From Eledone cirrhosa (taxonomy: Eukaryota), in the NCBI GenBank assembly GCA_964016885.1, contig OZ024745.1:8060001-8124000 (forward strand): a DNA stretch of 64,000 nt. The letters are read 5' to 3'. The position numbers were made by a program, and so were the translations under genes. Shown here in pieces: positions 12,784 through 23,183 of the stretch. A model generated the notes under the pieces. The model ran no database searches. It was not told the origin of the DNA and saw nothing but the letters and a program-made list of their open reading frames with translations. How positions within the stretch are numbered: the first letter of the stretch is position 1; every line of letters starts with the position of its first letter.

Positions 12784-15700
12784 GCCCACTTCTGGGTGAG
12801 TGCAAACACCTTGGCCGACACCTCGTTCCAGTTCTTCTCCACCTAGAGGTCCGGACCAAACCAGACCCCGAGCAGCTTTACTGGTCCTTCCGTCCAGTGT
12901 CCGACGACGCCATCGGAAGGCATCGGTTTGCCTCTCCACGATCCGAGTTGCAAACCGATGGACTTGTCCCGGTTCAGCTTCGCTCCTGCGAACCTTTCGT
13001 ATTCCTTCAGTAAGGTAACGACTTCCTCGATTTGCGAGGCGCTCAACATCATTACTGTCACGTTTGTCGGCGTAGGCCGACGCCGCTTTCCGCAGTCCCG
13101 GTTCCAGAGGGATGCCCTGCAATAGCTCCAACTTCCGCAGTAGTAGCTCGAGAGTCAATACGTACAGAAGGGAGGAGAGAGGGCATCCCTGTCGAATGGA
13201 TCGCGTGATATGGAACGGCTCCGAGATGTAGCCGTTCACCTTGACTCTTGAGCAGGTGTTGCTGTTGTGCATTGCAGCAATCCAGCCCCTGAACACGGGT
13301 CCGAAGCCTGCCGCCTCGATCACCGCATCCAGGTAACGATGGTCAACCCTATCGAAAGCCTTAGACTGATCCAAGTTGATCAGGGCCCCACCGAAGCCGG
13401 GTTTACACCCTACCCTCTCTATGATGTATCGCATGAGGTGGAGGTTGTCGTGTATGGACCTGGTCGGGATTGCGCATGTCTGCGCTTCTCCCACCAGGTT
13501 CTCGACGACAATCGCCAGCCTCTTTGCCAACACCTTGGCCAAAATCTGTAACTCTGTGTTTAGCAGAGTTATGGGCCGGAAATTGCCTATGTCATCCCCC
13601 TTATTCTCGTCCTTCCTGACTAGTGTGACTACGCCTCCGATCACAGAACTGGGAATTCTCCCGTTCTGTTGCCAGTTGCAGTAGACCGCTTCCAGGAGAC
13701 CGGAGAATAAGTCCGGCATTGCTACGTAAAATTCGTAGGGTAGACCGTCGAGACCTGGAGATTTGCGTTTGCCGCATTGGCTCAGCGCGTCCCCTATCTC
13801 AGCGGCTGAAATCGGCTTTTCGCAGAACTTTGCCTCGCTGTCCGAGAGTCGCGGTAGGCCGTCAAGGTATGGACCGAAATCCATAGCCCCTCCCGGCGCG
13901 CCGCCCTGCCCGAACAGCTGAGCAAAGTGCCGCTAAAAGACCGCACGTATCACGCGTCCGTTTTGGTCCTTCAAAGACCGAATCGTGGACTTGTTGCCAC
14001 TTTTTGCCTCCGTCACTCGGGCCCAGCTAATAGCTTTGGCTCCCTCGTTTCCCAGAGCACGTATTTTGCTTCTGACAACGCAGCCCTCATGCTTTGCGTC
14101 GAAGAACTGGTCCAAGGCCGTTCTCGTTGCTAGCACGCTGGCTACGTTGCCACTTCTAATTGCCTCTTCTACTTTATCTACCAGTTCTTTCTCGGTTCTA
14201 TTTCTATCTAACGCTAATTCTTTACTAAAAACTAACGAGTCTAATCTAACTGCCCTCTTGAGAGAGTACCACCATCTGTTGTTGACAATGGCCCCTGTCA
14301 AGTGCTGTTTAACTAAAGTGCTAATCCGTCTACTGTAGGCTTTGCATCCAGTAGCCGGGTCCTTGTCTATGGGTTCTATCAAGGTTGACCATGCAGGTCA
14401 CTAGTTTGTGATCCGAATAGGCAACCATGAACATTTGTGGACAGCTTAACATGTCCCTATCCTTATTTCTAACTAGAACCCTATCTAGGTACGATCTAGA
14501 TGTTCCACAGTGGCACAGTCGGAAAATCTAGTTGATATATATCGGCCAGGTCAAATCAGCCGATTAACTGTTTGAGGATGTTACCCCCCCCCCCCCCTTT
14601 ATCGGGAGACATGCTCCCACATAGTCCCAACGTGCATCTAGGATTCCATTCCAGTCCCCCACTAAAAGCAAGGAGCGGGACGTTCCCAGAAAAGTCTCTA
14701 GACGTTTGAAGAAGTCTGGCCGCGGTGTCCCGGATGGGGCATATGCGGCCACCAGCCTGAAGGCTCCACCTTCACTACCGTCAACGTCTAGGACCACCAG
14801 TCGACCCTCCGGATCCAGATGTACCGTCTGTGTTACGAGGCCCAGGTGTTTCCGCAGCAAAACGGCAACCCCGCCCCCACCCCCCGGCTGACAGAGAGAT
14901 GCGTAGATCTCAAAGTCATCGAAGATGGGGGCCAGCTGTCGCTTGCTGTGGATCCTGGACTCGCAAATGGCTACTACATCCATACTGTGCGACCTGACGT
15001 TGTTTAAGAGTTTGCCCTGTTTCCAGGGCATCCCCAGGCCGCGTACATTCACACATCCAACTCTTATATTGGCCATGTTGGTTCTGAAAAGTTAAAAGAG
15101 AAGAAAACACTCACCTCTTCGTCTCCCGGGGATCAGGCCGCACGGTTTCCATGGGGGTGTTAGAGGGGTTGTCTGGGTGGGTGGTGGTTTCCGGCGTAGT
15201 GGGGACGGAGATGTTTGGTGGGGTGGGGGTGTCTGGGGTGAGAGTGGGGAAACGTTTTAAAAGGACGTGGTTAATGTGTTTAACACAAGGATTACCCACG
15301 TCCTTAGTAAAGTTTTCCTTTAAAGACTTATAGGTGTCCGTAGGGACCCTAATCATCTTTAAATTAGGTTTGTCTACACAGTTCGAAAAAGTTTTCGGTG
15401 ATGACCTCCATTAAAGTTTTGTTTTTATTGTTTATGTATGTGTAATTCTTGTTGTGTTGCGGTGGTTTTTGTCTGTTGTTCTTGTGGGAGCTTTCGTTTT
15501 GTTGTAGGTGTTTGTGTTTGGAGTGATGTCGTGGTTTTGTTTTCGGGACGGGGGGTTTTTGTTTGTAATGTTTGTGTTGTTTGTGTTGGTGGTTGTATGT
15601 TTGTAGTGATGTTTGTTGTTTTTTTGTTCTTGTGGTGTCTTTTCTTCTTTCTTTTCGAACGGAGAGGCTCTCCCTCATCATCACTTGGTGATGATGTGGG

Positions 15701-15825
15701 GGCCTCGTCCGTTGAGGTGTCTGTGTTATTTGGAGATGGAGATAATAAGGACATTGCAGGAGTAAGAGAGTGAGGTGACCAGAAGGTAACAATTTGTGGT
15801 TATTTAAGGAGAGTATTTAGGACTT
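12782..15825 (-). mobile_element. L1/Tx1-clade LINE, degraded copy (ORF1 3' part plus ORF2 APE-RT), 3' end lost
   Basis: APE start MANIRVGCVNVRGL and GDWN; RT motifs KSPGLDGLPYEFY, NFRPITLLNT, DQSKAFDRVDH, RQGCPLS, AYAD. Several frameshifts and deletions. Homologous to 22934-28913. Confidence 0.92.
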
Positions 15826-15839
15826 GTTGGAATAATAAT

Positions 15840-16023
15840 TGTTTCTACTTTAGGCACAAGGCCAGTAAATACCCAGTGCATTACTGGTACTTTATTTTAT
15901 CGACCCCGTAAGGATGAAAGGCAAAGTCAACCTCGGCGGGATTTGAACTCAGACCGTAAAGGGACGTAACTATGCTGGAAAGCATGGCGTCCGACTCTCT
16001 ACCGATACTGCCAATCCAGCGCC
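15840..16023 (-). mobile_element. tRNA-derived SINE with target-site duplication
   Basis: Reverse complement of the SINE family, flanked by the direct repeat GTTGGAATAATAAT (about 15826 and 16024). Confidence 0.9.
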
Positions 16024-16511
16024 GTTGGAATAATAATGCTATTAAATTCTCTATATATCCCCTCGGATGATGTCTGTTATTTAGTGAACCCTCAAATGGT
16101 TACCTTTCTATGGACTAGTTTCTTTAATGAGGCCGACAACATATGACCAGGTGAATGATTCTCTTGATACAGAATTCCAGCCTTGGGCCATTTTTTCTTT
16201 TATTACATGACTGCCCCGAGGGTAACATACATTATAACATGAACACACACACTGATGCACACATATACACACACACATACATAGATATATATATACATAT
16301 AAACATACACACATACATACACATATACATATACACATATACATACAGACATATATGCATCAAACATACATCATGCATACATGTATGTATGTTTTTATGT
16401 CATCATGTATGTATGTATGTAATATACGTATGTATGAGTGTATGTATGTAATATATGTGTGTATGACTGTATGTATCTAATATTTTTATGTATATATATG
16501 TATGTATGTAT

Positions 16512-18770
16512 GTTCTTCTGGTTATATAATTTCACAAAGTTTTACCAATAGAGAGAGAGTCGGTTTCTAGCATAGACACAAGACTCTCTCATTGGAATTT
16601 ACACAGCACCAACTTGGTAGATATGTATGTCTGCATGCATGCATGTGTAGATATGGATGCTATTGTATGTGTGGGTGTGTATGTTTTGAGTTGTATGTGT
16701 GCATGTGTATATGCTTTCCATCTGTACATGTGTATATGCAGTTATTAGATGCAACATTTTTGGAATGTCTTACATATTTTTACTGTTCCATTAATGGATT
16801 GTACTTGTAATTTCCTAACTAGTTGTGTTCTTTCTGTTCCTGTGAAGCCTAGCTTCTCAAGGTTTGTATTGAAGCAGTTACTAACATAACCCAGTGCCCC
16901 AATAATCACAGGCATAAATCTGAAGGTATAATCAGGGTGGAGTATCTGTAGATTTCTCATCAGTTCTGCATAAATATTCTCCTTTTCGCTAATCTTTGAT
17001 ATTATATTGGCATCTGTTGTGCAGCTAATTTCCAGTACTGTGCATGCTTTCTTCTCCCTGTCCCATATCATAACATCTGGTCTGTTATGCCTGCATTTTA
17101 TTGGGCTTTTTACTGGAACATTCCACCAGTACTCTTTCATATGGATGTACATGGATGTCTTCCACATTACTGTAGGTTTTAATATGTTTATTATCGGGGC
17201 TGTCTTCTATGGACAGCATTGTACAGTGTTTTGGTCACTACATCATGCCTCATAGGTAGATAGTACCGCGATGACATCTTTGGACAGCTGCTGATGACAT
17301 GGGTGACATCCTCGATGTTAGTTCTGCAGAGTCTGCACTTGTTATCATATCTAGGTGTTTTGTCTGCATCCCTATCTCTTTTGTGAATCAGGTATTTCGT
17401 GTTAATCTCCTGTTCTTGGATTGCAAAAGCATATCCTTCAAAGTGGGAGCCAATATAGCGGTTGTTGGTCCAAGATAGACTACTTTCCTTATCTATACTA
17501 CTCTCACTCTGGAGCTTCCTGGCAACATATCCATGCATGATTTTTTGCTGAGAAGCATGCAATTTGTCATCCATGGATTCACTGCGATACTGCTGAGCAT
17601 CATCCATGGGTGTGAGTTTTTGATTATCACACAGGGAATATCTCTCGAGGAGTTCCTTCCCAACTCTCATGATCTTATCTGTTTCATGCAGATAGACTTG
17701 CTCGAGAAACGGGCTCCTACGCTTCGAAGTTCGTAGATGTTGTCGGAGAGATATGATGCGACATTCAAATGCTGTCTGGACTGATATTAGGCCTCTGCCT
17801 CCCTGCTTACGTTTCAAGTAAAGGCGGTCTATGTCACCGTTGATGTGGAAGTTTCCGGTGTTGTTTAATATTTTTCGAGTTCCAACATCAACTGCTCGGA
17901 TTTCGTCTGTCGTCCAATTGAGTATTCCAAACGTTGGTGTTAGGACAGACACAGCAAACACATTGTGAGCCACTGTTTTGTTTTGCGCAGAGAGTTCCGA
18001 TGACCAAATCTTTCTTAATCGGGTGTAGTATTCCCTGGTTACGCGTCCCTTATTACAGATACCATTATAGGATATGTTCTCATCTATCCCCACGTATCTG
18101 TAGCAGTCCTCATCAGATATCGGTGAAACAGTTAGACCATTGATGACAATGTTGCTAGATTGGGTTGTTGTTTTTCCCCGCTTTACAGTCATGTATGAGC
18201 ATTTATCTTGGCCAAACTCCATTCCTATATACTTTGAGAACGTTGTAACCAGGTCAAGATTTTTCTTCATCACATCCATGTTCTTGGCATAGAGTTTCAG
18301 ATCGTCCACAAAGAAATTATGAGTTAGGTTCTTATTTCTGTCCTCCTGTGAGCCAATGATGTATACCTCACATTTCTTGAGCAGAAAGGACAAGGGGTTT
18401 AATGACAAGATGAATAATATCACAGAGAGACTGTCTCCCTGAAATATAACCCTGCGATATTTTATTTTATCAGTGAAAATAGAGTCCTCCCTCTCTGTCT
18501 TTAACCTTAGGATAGTAGCCCAAGAAGAAGACAGCTTCTCTATGGCTCTGACAATAATGTCTGGGACTTTAGCAATTTGGAGGGCCTCTATCATCCAAGA
18601 GTGGGGAACAGAATCGAAAGCTTTCCTGTAGTCCAGCCAGACTGTAGCCATATTCCTCCTATGTTGTCGCACCTCCGACATCGCAGTTTTGTTGATTAGG
18701 AGTTGTTCAGCACATCCCCAAACAGCTTTCTTTCCAGCTGCTTGTTCATCTGTGATGATGTTATTATGTA
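16512..18770 (-). mobile_element. R4/Dong-type non-LTR retrotransposon, 5'-truncated: RT, CCHC knuckle, RLE and 3'UTR
   Basis: WLDYRKAFDSVPHSW, IFQGDSLS, HNFFVDDLKLY, GGRGL, AIQEQEINT, CRLC...EDVTHVISSC, RHD, then HNRPDVMIWD...LEISC after a frameshift near 17190. Both ends abut (TATG)n/(TACA)n. Confidence 0.92.
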
Positions 18771-18882
18771 TGTAATATTTGTATGTATGTATATATGTAT
18801 GTATGTATATATGTATATATGTCTGTATATATGTATGTATATATGTATATATGTATGTATATACATATATACATATATATGC

Positions 18883-19121
18883 TATAAAAGCTTCACGGCA
18901 CAGGCATTGCTTTATATCTGAAGATCTCTCTGCACTCGTCGTCACGTGGTACCATGGGCCTAGCACTATGTGTCAATAATTGTCACAAGTGTAGTGTTTG
19001 TACCAGAGTTTTCAAGTCGCTGGCTGGACTAAAAAGTCACACTCGTTCAGCGCATCGGTAGGGGTTCTCCTACATGGATATAAAGTAGTGGCCGCACTCG
19101 AAAACGAGTTGGCAGCCACCA
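18883..19121 (+). mobile_element. Second, 5'-truncated copy of the short RTE derivative
   Basis: Near-identical reverse complement of 9001-9238. One frame reads CSVCTRVFKSLAGLKSHTRSAH, similar to the last finger at 6663. Followed by a TATG-rich tail. Confidence 0.8.
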
Positions 19122-19219
19122 TATATGCATGTATATATGTATATATGTATGTATGTGTGTATGTATATATGTATGTATGTAATATATGTATGTATGTAAT
19201 ATATGTATATATGTATGTA

Positions 19220-19252
<33 letters not shown>

Positions 19253-20611
19253 TGTGATATATGTATGTAATATATGTATGTAATATATGTATATATGTAT
19301 GTATGTATGTAATATATATGTATGTATGTATGTAATATATGTATGTATGTAATATATGTATATATCTATGTATGTAATATATATGTATATATGTATGTAT
19401 GTAATATATGTATGTATGTATGTAATATATGTATGTAATATATGTATATATGTATGTAATATATGTATGTATGTATGTAATATATGTATGTAATATATGT
19501 ATATATGTATATATATATGTATATATATATGTATGTAATATATGTATGTAATATATGTATGTAATATATGTATGTAATATATGTATGTAATATATGTATA
19601 TATATATGTATGTAATATATGTATGTAATATATGTATATATATATATGTATGTAATATATGTATGTAATATATGTATGTAATATATGTATATATATATGT
19701 ATGTAATATATGTATGTAATATATGTATGTAATATATGTAATATATGTATGTAATATATGTATGTAATATATGTATATATGTATGTAATATATGTATGTA
19801 ATATATGTATGTAATATATGTATGTAATATATGTATATATATATGTATGTAATATATGTATGTAATATATGTATATATGTATGTAATATATGTATGTAAT
19901 ATATGTATGTAATATATGTATATATATATGTATGTAATATATGTATGTAATATATGTATGTAATATATGTATATATATATGTATGTAATATATGTATGTA
20001 ATATATGTATATATGTATGTAATATATGTATGTAATATATGTATGTAATATATGTATATATATATGTATGTAATATATGTATGTAATATATGTATGTAAT
20101 ATATGTAATATATGTATGTAATATATGTATGTAATATATGTATGTAATATATGTATGTAATATATGTATGTAATATATGTATATATATATGTATGTAATA
20201 TATGTATGTAATATATGTAATATATGTATGTAATATATGTATGTAATATATGTAATATATGTATGTAATATATGTATGTAATATATGTATGTAATATATG
20301 TATGTAATATATGTATATATATATGTATGTAATATATGTATGTAATATATGTATGTAATATATGTATGTAATATATGTATGTAATATATGTATATATATA
20401 TGTAATATATGTATGTAATATATGTATGTAATATATGTATGTAATATATGTATATATATATGTATGTAATATATGTATGTAATATATGTAATATATGTAT
20501 GTAATATATGTATGTAATATATGTATGTAATATATGTATGTAATATATGTATGTAATATATGTAATATATGTATGTAATATATGTATGTAATATATGTAT
20601 GTAATATATGT
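19122..20611. repeat. (TATG)n-derived 13-bp minisatellite (TATGTAATATATG)
   Basis: Visible 13-bp periodicity that emerges from TATG/TA repeats. Confidence 0.95.
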
Positions 20612-21299
20612 ACACTGTGGCGCCACTTTGTTTAAACATAAAAGTACACTAATGATTATACGCTAATTATTCCCGTTTATTTAATCACGATTCCAACTCT
20701 AGACAAATGGAGAGAGATTCTTTCAAGCTTTCAAATTAGGTGAGTTTAATGAGGAAACTTCGACATTAACCTGATGCAATTATCAACAGTGTCAACAAAG
20801 CTACAAAAACGTCACCTAATTTAAGAATATTTAAAGCATATAGAATTAGAAAGGAATCCTATAATGGCGTAAGTTACTGCTTGAACGGGTCACCCTCCTC
20901 CGGAGAAACGTAGTCTCTATTTTGGCCGCCGGGGCCGCTTGAAGTAATAGCGAGAGTATATATATATTAGGGGTTGTAGTAACCATGTAACAATGTTGTC
21001 AATAGGTCAGTGACCAGAATGACAAGGTGTGGGGTGAGGGGCCCTGGATGGTGATAAGATAAACAGACCATGAACCATAACGTAAACGCTGAGCGGACCA
21101 GTAAAATCCGAACACATCTTGAAAAAGAACCCAAACAGGACCCTGTTATAAGCAATAGTGACTAAGGCTTCAATGGTTGCTAAACTGGAAGCTTTCATGA
21201 CCAGACGGCATACATGGCTACTAGCTTACTGTATAAAATGATTGCTATCCATCTTAATGTGTCACACAATGATGTGCCAAGCCGAGTGGATAAAGGTCT

Positions 21300-21737
21300 A
21301 CTCTTGTTATGAAGGATCCTGTGGAAAGTCATGTTTGTGGATATTACATATTTATTGGCTTCTTAAACCTGCTTTGGAAACTGTTAACTGTAATACCGTC
21401 TGAGAAAACATACCGTCAACTATTAACTAACCATCTCCTCTCTATAGAAATGGTGGCAGGGAAAAATGGGAACAAAGAATCATCTTGTCGTAGACAACAT
21501 AGTGATCAAAGACTGTAAATCGTGGAGGATAAACCTGTGTGTGATCTGGATAGAATTTTTTTTAAATCTTACGATATGGAATTGCATTCGTGGATTCTTG
21601 AATTAGTAGAATTTAGCACGAAGGATTGGAGATTTAATTTGTACTCAAATAATAGGTCCATAGCCAATGTGAACATAAATACTAGTATTTTTCAAGGCGA
21701 CAACTTTTCCCTGTTGCTCTTATACCAATATAATTAG
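21300..21737 (+). pseudogene. Highly degraded R4-type RT fragment
   Basis: LNLLWKLLT..SEKTY..L.NHLL, KSYD..LHSWILE and SIFQGDNFSLLL resemble R4 RT motifs (compare IFQGDSLS and PHSW in 16512-18770). Confidence 0.6.
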
Positions 21738-21844
21738 TACCAAGACATAACGTGCCGCCTGGTCCAGGAATAGATCACTCGACCTAACGAACATGAGCTG
21801 AACATCTTAACCCCGACACCAACACCTTCATGCAAACGTGTGAA

Positions 21845-22027
21845 AGTATATACTTTCCTTATGCATATTAACGACTGAGCAGCCTAATTTGCATATCGCG
21901 TGAGTTAGTCGGAGAAATGAAATGTCAATTTTTCCATTTATCGTTTTCGGTACACCCGGCCGACTATCTCACTCGATATGCAAATTAGGCTGCTCAGCCG
22001 TTAATATGCATAAGGAAAGTATATACT
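21845..22027. repeat. Long inverted repeat (68-bp arms, 47-nt spacer)
   Basis: AGTATATACTTTCCTTATGCATATTAACG...GTCGG (21845-21912) pairs with CCGAC...GGAAAGTATATACT (21960-22027) with few mismatches. Confidence 0.92.
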
Positions 22028-22051
22028 CTCAAACGACTGACAGGAAGGTAT

Positions 22052-22094
22052 ACGGTGCTGATGACAGCTAATAAGCTAGAAACTAGTTCATCGT
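22052..22094 (+). ncRNA. Minimal type I hammerhead ribozyme motif (Penelope-like pseudo-LTR type)
   Basis: Stem I ACGGTG/CATCGT; core CTGATGA; stem II AGCT-AATA-AGCT; GAAA; palindromic stem III ACTAGT; NUH triplet GTT. Confidence 0.62.
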
Positions 22095-22354
22095 TCCTTG
22101 GTCAGTTTTGAACAAAAGGGCAACGATGATTACCGAACACTGTAGGGCTACACATTCGGGCTGTTTGTTTACAAACAAACCGAGCATTATAATAAATATT
22201 CGGTAAACCCATACGTACATATATATATATATGTGTGCATGTATGTATGTATATACATACTAGTGTACGTCTGTATACATATATGTATGTACGTATACAA
22301 ACTTATATTTAAGTATCAGCCGTACTAAGAGTGAGAAATGAAATTTCATTTGTT

Positions 22355-22394
<40 letters not shown>

Positions 22395-22838
22395 AACATA
22401 GAATATATATTTATACGCATAATATACACGGACACTGAGAGAGAGAGAGGTGGGTGACAGAATCGTGTGTGAAAACAGCAAAGTAGGGCGGTATATTTAA
22501 GATCCTGTGTTTCTGATATTGCTCAAAGAAAGCTACAAACACAGAAGATATCAAGGAATTACCATTCTCTGATCTATAAATGACTTAATAACAGACATTC
22601 TACGTAATTAGCGCCGAAATTCAGGCGACAAAAATAATTCGAATAGAAACGGAAAGATCTCGGCCACCCCTCCCTCGTTTCCTTGTGTTACCATCTCATC
22701 CTTCACCTGTGACTCACCCACTATCAAACCAGACAACAACCCATACCATTTAAATCCATTCAGAGAAATACCGCTGGGGAACAATTTGCCTTTCAACTTT
22801 TTCTGATTTTATGGAAACTCAGATCTTCCGCACCGCTA

Positions 22839-22839
22839 T

Positions 22840-22933
<94 letters not shown>
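22839..22933. repeat. (TAC)n(TAA)n microsatellite at the Tx1 3' junction
   Basis: Seen directly in sequence. Confidence 0.95.
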
Positions 22934-22935
<2 letters not shown>

Positions 22936-23183
22936 TTTCTTTATTAACCACAAGGGTTTACATAAAGTAGACATTAAGGACAGTGCAGGACAATACAGGA
23001 CGGTACAAATAGGCATTTCTGCGTGTAAAGAACAAAACAGAGGATGTGACAAAAAAATAACAATGAAAAATTCCCCAATAGGGGGGAAACTTCGGAGGGA
23101 CATTTGTGGAGAAAGCCCAGTAAAAGGCCACAGTGACCCTGACCACCAAGGCAAGTGCCCTCTCCCAGTTTTCCACCTTTAAT

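Noticed and set aside
19047-20639. ORFs of about 520-530 aa rich in H/I/Y/T
   Set aside because: Translation of the 13-bp/TATG repeat.
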